This document shows positions 47,720 to 62,309 of a DNA stretch of 64,000 bases, piece by piece. The stretch comes from an uncultured delta proteobacterium (GTDB lineage: Bacteria > Desulfobacterota > Binatia > UBA9968), in assembly GCA_963745035.1 (NCBI GenBank), contig CAVUVW010000027.1, positions 32,001-96,000 of the forward strand, in the 5' to 3' direction. The position numbers and the translations under genes are program-made. How positions within the stretch are numbered: the stretch's first letter is position 1; each line of letters starts with the position of its first letter. Below the pieces are notes generated by a model, which made no database searches, had not been told where the DNA came from, and saw only the letters and a program-made list of their open reading frames with translations.

Positions 47720-48544
47720 ATGAGCGAAGAAAAAAATTCAGAAGTCATCACCGCCGAGCTGATGCAGCAAATCGAAAATGCCGCGGTCTCGGCCGCGCGT
47801 GACGTGCTCAGCGGCCGGCGCATTATCGACGTCGAAGGGCCTTACGGCGTGGGCTTGACCACAGTGGAAGTCGGCAACGACGACAAATGCCGCGAGCCGG
47901 GACCGCTGGAAGCGAGCGCGGTCGTGAGCCATGCGCGGTCGGTGCCGATGATCTACCGCCGGTTTGCGATTTCCAAGCGGCGCATCGCCGCGTTCCGAGA
48001 AATGGGACAGCCGCTCAATCTGAAAGTCGCCGAAGACGCAGCGCAAGCGGTCGCCGCTCGTGAGGAAGAATTCATCTATTTCGGCCAGCCCGATTTTAAC
48101 CTTAGTGGCCTGCTCACGGCGCCGGGGCGGCAGACGGTCAAGGCCGGCAACTGGGATAATGTCGATGAAGTGTTGGCCGACGTGATCAATGCCGTCAATG
48201 TTCTGGACAGCAAGGGTTATCGCGGCCCGTACGCACTGGCTTTAGCGCCGGAGCTTTACAACAATCTTTTTCGGCGTTATCCGGGATCGGATTTACTGCA
48301 AATCGAGCATCTCAAGCGCTTGTGCACCCGCGGCATCGTGAAAGCGGCGATCGAAGGTTGCGTGCTGGTGGCGCGCGACGTGGGCTCGATCGTGCTAGGG
48401 CAAGACTTGCAGATTTCCTATCTCGCCACCGACGCGGCACACGAACACTTTGCCATCAGCGAGTCGCTGCTGCTGAAGATCGAAGCGCCGGACGCGATCT
48501 GCACGATTCCGGGAGAACGCAGCCAAGCGATCAAGCCAGCCTGA
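47720..48544 (+). CDS. Family 1 encapsulin nanocompartment shell protein
   Basis: GRRIIDVEGPYG, EEEFIYFG, GPYALAL and LGQDLQISY; 3 nt after the cargo gene. Confidence 0.92.
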   Translation: MSEEKNSEVITAELMQQIENAAVSAARDVLSGRRIIDVEGPYGVGLTTVEVGNDDKCREPGPLEASAVVSHARSVPMIYRRFAISKRRIAAFREMGQPLNLKVAEDAAQAVAAREEEFIYFGQPDFNLSGLLTAPGRQTVKAGNWDNVDEVLADVINAVNVLDSKGYRGPYALALAPELYNNLFRRYPGSDLLQIEHLKRLCTRGIVKAAIEGCVLVARDVGSIVLGQDLQISYLATDAAHEHFAISESLLLKIEAPDAICTIPGERSQAIKPA

Positions 48545-48788
48545 GATCACGGAAGAAGCTTGAACCGCAGCGCCGCGCTCCCGCAGCGCTGCGACGAGAT
48601 TTTCATCATCGAAGGCCACTCACTGCGAGTTTCTCGAGTATCCTTTCTCGTCGCCGGCGTCTTTTGTCAGATAAATTCTTCCAACCTCTCAGCGGATGCA
48701 AGGAGAAGTGCTCCGCGATGCTATTTCCATCGCACGCTACCGCGCGATAAACCGGCGAAAAGACGGTCTTCGTTTGCGTTTACTGGCG

Positions 48789-48804
48789 TGGCACTGGATG
48801 TGCT
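48789..48804 (+). promoter_or_regulatory. Sigma54 promoter
   Basis: TGGCACTGGATGTGCT = GG-N10-GC, 75 bp before the PRC-barrel gene. Confidence 0.65.
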
Positions 48805-48879
48805 CTTACGCGCCAACAGGGACATGACGATTCGCGCGATCGCGGATCGTCATGGACGACGAAGGGGAAGGAGCGGTCC

Positions 48880-49626
48880 ATGCTACGAAGGATGAAGGAT
48901 CTCAAAGGCTTTGCAATCGGCGCGAAAGACGGCGACGTCGGCGCAGCGAGCGATTTTATTTTCGACGACAAGAACTGGACGGTGCGCTATCTCGTCGTCG
49001 ATACCAATCCTTGGCTGCCCGGCGGCAAGGTGCTGATTTCGCCGATCATCACCGGTCAGGCGGAATGGGAGCAAAAGCGCCTGCCCGTGCTTCTGACGCG
49101 CGAACAGGTGAAGAATAGTCCGGACATTCGCATGGACGAAGAGCTCTCGGCGCAAGACGAAGTCAAATATTACGACCATTACGGTTGGCCCTATTACTGG
49201 GTGGGCGCCGGCATGTGGGGGCCCGTGACCGTACCCCAGGATCTGCTCGACAAAGAAGTCGAGCGCACAATCGAGCTCACGCAGCAGGCCAATGAATCCC
49301 ATTTGCGCAGCATGAAGGACGTGAACGGTTACACGATCCAGGCGACCGATGGCGATATCGGCCGCGTCAACGACTTCATCATCGACGACGAGCCTTGGGT
49401 GATTCGCTACGTCGTCGTCGATACCGGCAACTGGTGGCCCGGCAAGAAGGTGCTGATCGCGCCGGCGTGGATTTCCCGCGTCGACTGGAAAAATTCAAAT
49501 CTCTACGTCAATCTGCCGCGCCACGCGATCAAAGACGCGCCGGACTTCGACCCCGATAAAATCGACCGCGAGTACGAGGCCCGGCTGCACCAACACTATG
49601 GCCAGGAAAATTACTGGTGGTGCTAG
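48880..49626 (+). CDS. Tandem PRC-barrel protein
   Basis: Two repeats of DGD.G...DFI.DD..W..RY.VVDT..W.PG.KVLI.P. Confidence 0.9.
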   Translation: MLRRMKDLKGFAIGAKDGDVGAASDFIFDDKNWTVRYLVVDTNPWLPGGKVLISPIITGQAEWEQKRLPVLLTREQVKNSPDIRMDEELSAQDEVKYYDHYGWPYYWVGAGMWGPVTVPQDLLDKEVERTIELTQQANESHLRSMKDVNGYTIQATDGDIGRVNDFIIDDEPWVIRYVVVDTGNWWPGKKVLIAPAWISRVDWKNSNLYVNLPRHAIKDAPDFDPDKIDREYEARLHQHYGQENYWWC

Positions 49627-49813
49627 TGTGTCCGGCACAGCGGTCGAGGACAGAGGATAGAAGGTCGATCTCATTGTGCGATCAGATCGATCTTGTGAGA
49701 AAGGGCGCTCCGCGCTTTCTTCGCGCCGATTCAGGCGTGAAATCTTTTTGGCGCCGCCTGCCTTGACATAGTTTGTGACTGTCGGCTAGCTTATTCGGCA
49801 TGTTTAGCCAGGT

Positions 49814-50731
49814 TTGTTTATCCGCGTTTTGTGTGGACGATCGCCTGGAGGCAGGAGCGCGCGCTTGGTTTTGCCGCTGTTAGTTCGCGGCTTGAGCCGC
49901 GTGCCGTTGCGCTGGCTGCATGCCGCGGGATTTCTCGTCGGCTGGTGCGTCTATTGGTCTTCTTCAGGATACGCCAAACGCATGAAGGCGAATCTGACGA
50001 CCAGCGGAATCCCACGGGACCCGTCAAGTTATCGGCGCTTGCTGCGCGCGGCGGTCGCGCACAACGGCAAAGCGCTGATGGAGCTGCCGGTGGTATGGTT
50101 TCGGGACGATCAAGCGGCGGCGCGGCTGGTGGCGGAATGTCGGGGCTGGGAGCGGATCGACTCCCTGCGCCGCCAGGGTCGGAGCATTATTTTTCTCTCG
50201 CCGCACATGGGCTGCTTCGAAATCGCCGCGCGCTACGTCGCCGGCCATTTCCCGCTCACGGTCATGTACCGCCCGCCGCGGGCGGCATGGCTCGATGCTT
50301 TAATGGAGAGCGGCCGGACCAACAAGCAGCTCGAGCTGGCGCCCACCAATTTCAAAGGCGTGCGCATGCTTTCCAAGGCGCTTCGGCGCGGCGACTCCAT
50401 CGGCTTATTGCCCGATCATGCGCCCGGTCTTGGAGAGGGGGTGTGGGCGAATTTTTTCGGCAAGCCGGCGTTTACCATGACCCTGCCGCGCAAGCTCCAG
50501 CGCGCGAGCGGCGCCGCGTTCATGATCACGTTCGGCGAACGTCTGCCGGGAGGCCGGGGCTTTCGGCTGCATTTCGAGCCGCTGCCGGAGCGCGACTTCA
50601 ACGAAGAAAAATTGAACCTGGCGATCGAAAACCTGGTGCGCCGCTATCCCGAGCAATATTATTGGAACTATAAACGCTACAAGCGAGTGTCGCGGCGCCT
50701 GGGCGACGCCGCCCAGAGCCGGCGCGCTTGA
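49814..50731 (+). CDS. Lipid A biosynthesis lauroyl/lysophospholipid acyltransferase (LpxL/HtrB family)
   Basis: SPHMGCFE, LLPDH, FFGKPA and PEQYYWNYKRYK; start uncertain. Confidence 0.88.
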   Translation: MFIRVLCGRSPGGRSARLVLPLLVRGLSRVPLRWLHAAGFLVGWCVYWSSSGYAKRMKANLTTSGIPRDPSSYRRLLRAAVAHNGKALMELPVVWFRDDQAAARLVAECRGWERIDSLRRQGRSIIFLSPHMGCFEIAARYVAGHFPLTVMYRPPRAAWLDALMESGRTNKQLELAPTNFKGVRMLSKALRRGDSIGLLPDHAPGLGEGVWANFFGKPAFTMTLPRKLQRASGAAFMITFGERLPGGRGFRLHFEPLPERDFNEEKLNLAIENLVRRYPEQYYWNYKRYKRVSRRLGDAAQSRRA

Positions 50732-50759
50732 GGTGGCGCCCGGATTCAGAAATTCCTCC

Positions 50760-50900
50760 CGCCAAGGCGCAAAGTCGCCAAGGGACGGCAAAGGCTGTCA
50801 TCCCGAACGACGAATGCGAGGGATCTAAGAAAGATTTCTCTCGTTCGTCAGACTGTGTGAAAACTCCGCTTATGGTCCGACGGCGCTCATCACGAGCGGA
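50760..50900. repeat. Mosaic of degenerate REP-like arms
   Basis: CGCCAAGGCGCAAAGTCGCCAAG, TGTCATCCCGAAC..GGGATCT and CCGCTTATGGT..CACGAGCGG. Confidence 0.45.
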
Positions 50901-51131
50901 ATCACTTTTTTGCGATATTACTTACTTAACCGCTTGATCGCTTAAATTTCCTCGACGATGGCATCCAGGGTGGCGGCCATCGACTCGTGCATCGCTTCGG
51001 GCTCGGAGCCCTCGACGAAGTAGGGACGATAGCCGGGTGCGGAGCGGGCCGCACGGGACTCGATTTGCCGATTCACATACGATACTCTTTTCCTTCGATC
51101 GCACGACACTGGTTCAGGGAATAAACCTGAT

Positions 51132-51386
51132 ATGGCGCTACTCGTATCGATGCCCGTTGAAGTTTACGACGGCCTGCTGCAGAAATGCTCGAAGTTGAGC
51201 CGCGAGTATTTGATCCTCAAAAACGGCGTCGTCCGCCGCGACCGGGAAGAAAGCTCGGCGGCGCCGACGGTGGAAATTCTTTGCGAGGCGCAGCGGGCGA
51301 AATTTCTGCTTGATTTCGCAACGCTGGTCTACCCCCCAGCCGCCCCTTACATCGAACAGAGCATCAACCTCGCGCGCGACGACTGA
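51132..51386 (+). CDS. Hypothetical protein
   Basis: 84-aa ORF with normal composition; no family recognised. Confidence 0.55.
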   Translation: MALLVSMPVEVYDGLLQKCSKLSREYLILKNGVVRRDREESSAAPTVEILCEAQRAKFLLDFATLVYPPAAPYIEQSINLARDD

Positions 51387-51765
51387 CGCGCACGCCAGGG
51401 TAATTTCAGGCGATATTCGGACGGGGCATATGCCGTCCCAACCGCGGTGGCGCCCGGCTCGACCTGTCGCAAGATTGCGACAGATGCCGGCGGCAATTTC
51501 CTGTGAATGGTTCGGGTCATGGCAGGCCGCGAGGAATGAATCTTCCTCGCGCGACAGGAAAAATCCTATGGGGTCTTTGTCAGTCGAATGCCCGTGGGCC
51601 GATCGCGCCGGTGGCTCATCGTTTTGATCAGCCGTAATCGCTGCCGAAGTTTTCAGTCCCGCGGGAATCGTTCTCGTTATTTTTTACGCGTTTGAAGCCG
51701 CCTGTTTATGCAGGTCGGTTTTGCAGCGGGTAACACCACTCGGAAAGTTTGCCCTTCCAAGAATC

Positions 51766-51781
51766 TGGCATAAGAGTTGCG
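51766..51781 (+). promoter_or_regulatory. Sigma54 promoter of the chaperone cluster
   Basis: TGGCATAAGAGTTGCG, 14/16 identical to 45681-45696. Confidence 0.75.
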
Positions 51782-51906
51782 CCGCGGACGAGGTGAGTCT
51801 GCTGCGGTGCGAGGCCCCGCACGCAAAGCTTCACCGGCCGGTCCGCGACGCGTAAGCTTCCCGTCTCCGCCGACCGCTTTCACCAAGCAGCGCTCAGGTC
51901 TGCGTG

Positions 51907-52634
51907 ATGCTGGCGAAAAGTCATTATTTGACTCTGGGTATTCCTCAAAACGAGAGCGCCGGTGGAATCCGCCGGGCGTTTCGCGAACACGTGAAGCGTT
52001 ATCATCCCGATCGCGTGGGTTCGGCGCGAGCGCGGTTTTTTCAGGAAATCGTCGAGGCTTATCACACGCTGTCCAGCCCCGAGCGGCGGCGCGCATACGA
52101 TCGCGGCTTGTCTCACGCCGAGGGTGGCGCCGCCGCGGTCCCTGCGGTCTCGCTTGCCAAGCATGATGGTGCCGTCGGACTCGGCGAATCGCTCGATCCA
52201 AGGAGCGACGACCCATCCGGCAGATTGCCTCAAGTGGCGCCGGTATTGCGGTTCGTTCTGGGTCAAAGATGCGCTCTTCGAAGCGGCGTTGGCCCAAGCC
52301 AGCAGGAACCTGACCGCCGCGAGCTCCGGCGCCGCCGGCCTCAGCGCAGCGCCTTTCAGTGCAGATCGTGCTCTCGCAACTCGAAGCGTTGCGCGGCGGG
52401 ACTCTCGGTCTGTTAGTGCCGAGCTGCGCGCCTTGCGAGCGCTGCGGCGGCTCCGGCGCGCAGGGAGTTTTCCCGTGCGATCTATGCGACGGCGAAGGCT
52501 TGCGCGAAGAGGAGGAGAGCGTGCGCGTGACGATTCCCCCCAACGTCGGCGACGGCACGCTCATCGAGGCGCCGCTGCGCGGCCTCGGGCCGCATCATTT
52601 CTATCTGTGCGTGTGCGTGCGTGTGGCGTCTTAA
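51907..52634 (+). CDS. J-domain protein with two CxxCxGxG repeats (frameshifted)
   Basis: YHPD motif in ORF 51904; CERCGGSG and CDLCDGEG in ORF 52359. Confidence 0.8.
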
Positions 52635-52653
52635 GGCGCCGCGCGCGTGATGA

Positions 52654-54559
<1,906 letters not shown>

Positions 54560-54620
54560 AAATAAGCAATTGGCAACAGGCCACTAGGCAATAGACGACA
54601 GAGTTTTTCTTTTTTTCTTT

Positions 54621-55103
54621 ATGGAAGCGCCGGAAGAACCGAAGAACGCGGAACCCCGAGCGGCGGAGCTCGAGCGGTTGCGGGAGGAGTTGCGGCGCGA
54701 GCACGACGCGGTGCTGCGCGCGCTCGCCGATTTCGACAATTATCGGCGCCGTATGGAGCGCGAGCAGGGAAGCGCCGTCCGGCGCGGCAAGCGCGAGGTG
54801 ATCCTGCCGCTGTTGGAGGTGCTCGACGATTTTGACCGCGCGCTGGAGCACTTGCGCGATGCGCCGCCGGCGATTGCTACGGGCGTGCAGGCGCTGCACC
54901 GCAAGCTCCTCGGCTTGCTCGCCGCCCAGGGGATCGACCGCTTCGACAGCGTCGGCGAGGACTTCGATCCGCGCGTCCACGAGGCGTTGGGCACGGTCGC
55001 CAGCGAGAGTATTCCAACGGGAAAAGTTGCCGAAACTCTCCAGCGTGGTTATCGTTGGAATGATGAAGTGCTCAGACCGGCGCGGGTGCGGGTGGCGGAA
55101 TAA
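54621..55103 (+). CDS. grpE: Nucleotide exchange factor GrpE
   Basis: ADFDNYRRR, FDPRVHEAL and GY...VLRPARVRV. Confidence 0.95.
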   Translation: MEAPEEPKNAEPRAAELERLREELRREHDAVLRALADFDNYRRRMEREQGSAVRRGKREVILPLLEVLDDFDRALEHLRDAPPAIATGVQALHRKLLGLLAAQGIDRFDSVGEDFDPRVHEALGTVASESIPTGKVAETLQRGYRWNDEVLRPARVRVAE

Positions 55104-55172
55104 AGCGGCGGTGCGCGATTCGCGCAAGCGCCGCGCGCGCCACAAACTCCAGGCGCAACCGGCGTAAACTCA

Positions 55173-56186
55173 ATGGCGGTCCAATTTCGCGATTACTACG
55201 AAGTCCTCGGCGTAAACAAGAGCGCGTCCGATGCCGATATCAAGTCGGCGTTTCGCAAGCAAGCGCGCAAGTATCACCCCGACGTTAATCCGGGCGACAA
55301 ATCCGCCGAAGAGAAGTTCAAGGAAATCAACGAAGCTTATGAAGTGCTTTCCGATGCGGAGAAGCGCAAACGCTACGATCAGCTCGGCCCCAACTGGAAG
55401 GCGGGGGAAGAATTTCGCCCGCCGCCCGGCTGGGAGCGGGAATACACCGGCGACATGGGCGACATGTTCGGTGGCGGGGCGAGCGGATTCAGCGATTTCT
55501 TCGAGTCTTTGTTCGGCGGCCGTCGCGGTGCGCGCGCCGGCGCCGGGTTTGCGATGCGCGGGCGCGATATCGAAGCGGAGATCGCGCTCACTCTCGAGGA
55601 GGCGCATCGTGGCGGGGTGCGCAGCGTGACCCTGCAGGCGACCGAAACCTGTCCCGATTGCCGCGGCACGGGCTCCAAGGACGGGAAGACTGCCTGTCCG
55701 ACGTGCCGGGGCGGCGGCGCGGTGCGCCGGCCCAAGTCTCTCGAAGTGACGATTCCTCAGGGGCTGCGCGAAGGTTCGGTGATTCGCCTGGCCGGACAGG
55801 GGGAGCCCGGCATGAGCGGCGCGCAGGCGGGCGATCTTTTTCTGCGCGCGCGCATCCAACCGCACCGGCTCTTCGAGCCGAGCGGCGCGGACGACGTTCA
55901 GGTCGAGCTGCCGGTGGCGCCGTGGGAGGTCGCGCTGGGAGCAAGAGTCATGGTGCCGACTTTGGAAGGGCCGGTGGAGATGACCATTCCCGCCGGAACT
56001 CAGGGCGGCCAGCGGCTGCGGCTCCGCGGCCAAGGCCTCAATCGCCGCGGCGGCGGCCGAGGCGATCAATACGCCAAGTTGAAGATCGTCGTTCCGCCGC
56101 AGCTTACGCCGCAGGAAAAGGAAATGTTCGAGAAGCTCGGCGCCGAGTCGCGCTTCAATGCGCGGGAGTTGATGCCCAACCGATGA
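55173..56186 (+). CDS. CbpA/DnaJ-type co-chaperone with a partial zinc finger
   Basis: [31 protein letters not shown] and VAPWEVALG. Confidence 0.9.
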   Translation: MAVQFRDYYEVLGVNKSASDADIKSAFRKQARKYHPDVNPGDKSAEEKFKEINEAYEVLSDAEKRKRYDQLGPNWKAGEEFRPPPGWEREYTGDMGDMFGGGASGFSDFFESLFGGRRGARAGAGFAMRGRDIEAEIALTLEEAHRGGVRSVTLQATETCPDCRGTGSKDGKTACPTCRGGGAVRRPKSLEVTIPQGLREGSVIRLAGQGEPGMSGAQAGDLFLRARIQPHRLFEPSGADDVQVELPVAPWEVALGARVMVPTLEGPVEMTIPAGTQGGQRLRLRGQGLNRRGGGRGDQYAKLKIVVPPQLTPQEKEMFEKLGAESRFNARELMPNR

Positions 56187-56500
56187 CGACGATACATCGT
56201 TACGAGCTGGTGATTCGCCGGCGCGAGAGCCGGTATCTGACCCTCGATGCGCTTGCCGCGCACGCCGGCATGCATCCCGCGCTGGTCGAGCGCTATGTCG
56301 ACTGCGGGTTGATCGAGCCGAGCGCGCGCGAAGGCGACGCCGTATTTTTCGATACCGGAGCGGTGCCGCGGCTGCGGATGATCGGACGGCTGCGCGACCA
56401 TCTCGGCATCAACGTCGCCGGCATCGCGGTGATTCTGGATCTGCTCGAGCGCATCGACGCGCTCCAACGGGAAAACGAAAGCCGGCGGCGCGGACGCTGA
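56183..56500 (+). CDS. CbpM-like chaperone modulator (MerR-type HTH)
   Basis: [23 protein letters not shown]; ATGA overlap with the CbpA-like gene. Confidence 0.85.
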   Translation: MTTIHRYELVIRRRESRYLTLDALAAHAGMHPALVERYVDCGLIEPSAREGDAVFFDTGAVPRLRMIGRLRDHLGINVAGIAVILDLLERIDALQRENESRRRGR

Positions 56501-56565
56501 GCGGCGCGCGCTCGCGGCATGATCGGTGAAAATCTTCGCTCGGCGGCGGCTAACGGAGGAACGCG

Positions 56566-59214
<2,649 letters not shown>

Positions 59215-59306
59215 GACGCTGATGCGTGGAGTGTCTCGGGTTAGGATTGCTCGCGTGCGGTGCATCACCGCAGTTTGCTGCCTCAAGTAGCGCCGATCCG
59301 AAGTCC

Positions 59307-59381
59307 GTTATTCCCGCATGCTTTAAGCGGGAATCCAGGCGAATCCGGATCTGACCCCCCGATCAAGACATTCGGGGTGAC
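59307..59381. repeat. Second copy of the about 77-bp ATTCCCGC...GCGGGAAT element
   Basis: Aligns with 37801-37877. Confidence 0.8.
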
Positions 59382-59478
59382 ACCTTCGAGAGATGGCACG
59401 TCGCCGGATTGATACCGCGCTACTTGCAATGGGGGTTCTTCATTGTCGCACCGTTCGCCCTCCGCCGCTGAAGAGCCG

Positions 59479-60408
59479 CTAATCTCGCCGGATCAAACGG
59501 AGCGCGTTGTTCGCGAAAATATCTTCGCGCTCGGTGGCGCCGATCGGCAGCTCTTCGATGATCTTTTTTGCCCGGGGCAGCAACGGCAAGAGCGGCGGCG
59601 CATCGCTGCCGAAGACGAGATGTTTGGCGCCGACGGTTTGATATGCGCACATGATCGCCGGAGGATGATAGGCGACGGTGTCCATGTACAAAGTTTTTAA
59701 GTACTCGCTCGGGCGCTTGCTGATGAGCATGGGCTCGTAGGAGCCGAGCCCGGAGGCCCGGTCGCCCAGCTCATAGGCGTAATCCATGCGGCCGATGACG
59801 TCGCAGATGCCGCCGCCGAGATGGCAGCCGACGAATTTAACCCCGGGATGGCGCTCGAACACACCGCGCACGATGAGCCGGGCGATGCTCAGGCATTCAT
59901 CGAAGGGCCGACCGACGCTGGAAGCGAGCCGATAGTCGCGCATACGCTCCTCGCCGTAGCCCACCGATGGCGCATGCATCATCACCGGGATGCGCAGCGC
60001 GCTCACCAATTCGAAAAACGGTTTCGCCGCGTCGTCGTCGGGATAGGCGTGCTGGTGGCTCGAATTGATCAGCACGCCCCGAAGCCCATATTCGACAACC
60101 GCGCGCTCCAATTCCTTCACGAACGGCGCGCCGCCGCAGGGCAGGGCGCTGGTGAAAACAATGACGCGGTCTTTGTATTTCTGCTGAATCTCGGCGGCGT
60201 ATTCATTCCAGCGTCGCAGGAACGCGAGCGACTCCTCGTCGGTTTTTTCTTTGAGATAGTGGATCGTGTTGCTGACGACGCAGCGCTCGATGCCGGCCGT
60301 CTCGTGCGCCTCCAGCAGGTTTTCAATCGTGAACGGCGTGATGCCGCCCCAGCGGCGCTCTCTGGCCAGCTCGGGAGGATAGACATGGGCGTGCCAGTCG
60401 ATGATCAT
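59479..60408 (-). CDS. Amidohydrolase_2 (ACMSD-like) protein
   Basis: IDWHAH, CHLGGG and FGSDAP. Confidence 0.9.
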   Translation of the reverse strand: MIIDWHAHVYPPELARERRWGGITPFTIENLLEAHETAGIERCVVSNTIHYLKEKTDEESLAFLRRWNEYAAEIQQKYKDRVIVFTSALPCGGAPFVKELERAVVEYGLRGVLINSSHQHAYPDDDAAKPFFELVSALRIPVMMHAPSVGYGEERMRDYRLASSVGRPFDECLSIARLIVRGVFERHPGVKFVGCHLGGGICDVIGRMDYAYELGDRASGLGSYEPMLISKRPSEYLKTLYMDTVAYHPPAIMCAYQTVGAKHLVFGSDAPPLLPLLPRAKKIIEELPIGATEREDIFANNALRLIRRD

Positions 60409-60541
60409 GGAATCCTCCTTTATGATGCGCTAGTGCATTTCAATTCTGCATCCGAGACTTTTCTCTTCCCCCTCGACGGAGAAGATTAAGATGGGGGTAA
60501 TACTTCGAAGTAAGACGATCACCCCTACTCTAGCTCATCAT

Positions 60542-61495
60542 TTACCGCGGTTTTATCCCCAGCTCCGCCTGCGCCTCGCGGAGAAAGCTTAGGTCGACAA
60601 CTTCGCTCGGCGCGACTTCGCGCGTCACTTTGTTGCTGCGCCGAGTTTGCTCGATGACGAGCTTTAGGCCGTCTTCGGGTACGGCGCCGTCGGCGTTGAA
60701 CAAGTTTCGCAGGGCATCGTATGACGCGTAGGCGAATTCGCGCTCGACTTTGCCCCAGGCCATCAAGGTGCGCACGGCTTCGTCGCGGTTGTCGCGGATG
60801 AAACGGTTGGCGCGAATCGTCGCTTTGATGACGCGGCGGATCTCGTCGGGCTTTTCCTTGATCTTGCGCATATGCGTGCCGAGGCCGAGATAAGGGAAGC
60901 TGAATAATTCATAGGCGCGGGCGAGAATGCGAAAGCCCTGCCGCTCCATCTGCGCATCGGCCGGAGGCGAAATGACGACGACATCGACGACGCGCTGTTT
61001 GAGCGCCGTCAAGCGCGCGGCATCCGAGCCGAGGGCGAGGACCTTGATTTCTTTCTCCGGATCGATGCCGGCCTGCTTGATCATCAAGCGCGCCGCGACG
61101 TCGGGAGTGGCGCCGAAGCTGCTGATGCCGAGGGTTTTGCCTTTGAGATCCTTGAGCGTTTTAAGCTCCGGCTGCGAGATCAAGGTCATCGGCCAGTTGT
61201 CGAGATAGCCGGCGACGACTCGCACCGGCAGCCCGGCGATGGCGCCGCCGACCACGGCGCCGAAGAGCTGGCAGTAGTCGACGTCGCCGGTCGAAAGGGC
61301 GGTAATCGAAACGTTGGGGTTCATCCGGATGATCTCGGCGTCAAGGTTCTCGTCTTTGAAAAATCCTACCTTTTGCGCCATCGCAGCCGTCAAGTTGGGC
61401 ATGTTGGGATTGGACACAGCGATGCGAATGCGATCCGCGGCCTCGGCCTGGACGGCGAGCAGGAGCATCGTCAAAATTATGAGAATGGTACGCAT
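60542..61495 (-). CDS. NitT/TauT ABC substrate-binding protein
   Basis: Signal peptide, GFFKDENLD and DLKGKTLG; paralog of 15327..16283. Confidence 0.88.
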   Translation of the reverse strand: MRTILIILTMLLLAVQAEAADRIRIAVSNPNMPNLTAAMAQKVGFFKDENLDAEIIRMNPNVSITALSTGDVDYCQLFGAVVGGAIAGLPVRVVAGYLDNWPMTLISQPELKTLKDLKGKTLGISSFGATPDVAARLMIKQAGIDPEKEIKVLALGSDAARLTALKQRVVDVVVISPPADAQMERQGFRILARAYELFSFPYLGLGTHMRKIKEKPDEIRRVIKATIRANRFIRDNRDEAVRTLMAWGKVEREFAYASYDALRNLFNADGAVPEDGLKLVIEQTRRSNKVTREVAPSEVVDLSFLREAQAELGIKPR

Positions 61496-61624
61496 GAGTC
61501 TTAATGCGAATCGCGGTCAAAACGGAATCGTTGGGTCACCACGAACTGATTCATGACGTTACAGTCGCCCGCACGTAATGAAAATGGAGAGGTCCCTCCG
61601 CATGTTTTCTCCGCACAATTAGCC

Positions 61625-61799
61625 TGGATACCCGCCCCCGCTTTCGCGAGGGCATGCTTTCGAATCGCGGGTATGACGGAAGGCGGCGGTAAGTATCGGC
61701 ATTGGGAGCCTTCATATGTAGATCAGCGATCTGCAATTTTCGAAGAAACCGAAGGACACGAACGGTTTCGATGTAGCCGCGGGTTTCAAACCCGCCTAC
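61625..61799. repeat. REP-like elements
   Basis: CTGGATACCCGC...GCGGGTATGACG arm and GTAGCCGCGGGTTTCAAACCCGCCTAC (61773-61799). Confidence 0.55.
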
Positions 61800-61848
61800 G
61801 AATGCATAGCTTCGTTGTCTTCATGGTTCGATCGGCCGACCTCACCGA

Positions 61849-62268
61849 CTACCGTTCCTGGACGACGTTAAAACCGCTGTAGCCGCGGATCTTGTCGACG
61901 CGCACGAGCACGCCGTAGCCTTTGCGCTCCGGATCTTTGTCCAACTCGGCTTTGATCGTGCGCTTGAGAATATTCAGGCGCATCTCGCCGTCTTTGTGGA
62001 CCGTCGCTCGGCCGTAGAAGCGCCAGCCGATGCTTCCCGGCTGGTCGTAGTACAGCATGCAGACGTTGGGGTTCTTTTCCAAATTCGTGGTGCTTTGGCC
62101 GAGCGAGCGGTCCCAGAAGGCGATATGCTCCTCGTCGTAGACGAAGGTGCTGCCGCGAAAGCTCAGATCAGGATAGCCCTCCTCCGACGTGGTCGCCCAT
62201 ACGCAGTACTTTTTCTCTTCCAGCGCTTTGTCGACGCGCTGTTTCATATCGTCGGTGATCTTGATCAT
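61849..62268 (-). CDS. Pyridoxamine 5'-phosphate oxidase-family (split-barrel flavin-binding) protein
   Basis: ATTSEEGYPDLSFRGS, NLEKNPNV and FYGRA. Confidence 0.85.
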   Translation of the reverse strand: MIKITDDMKQRVDKALEEKKYCVWATTSEEGYPDLSFRGSTFVYDEEHIAFWDRSLGQSTTNLEKNPNVCMLYYDQPGSIGWRFYGRATVHKDGEMRLNILKRTIKAELDKDPERKGYGVLVRVDKIRGYSGFNVVQER

Positions 62269-62309
62269 GTTGCGTCCTCCTTGGTGCAAGGTTTGAGCTT
62301 GTATCCTGA

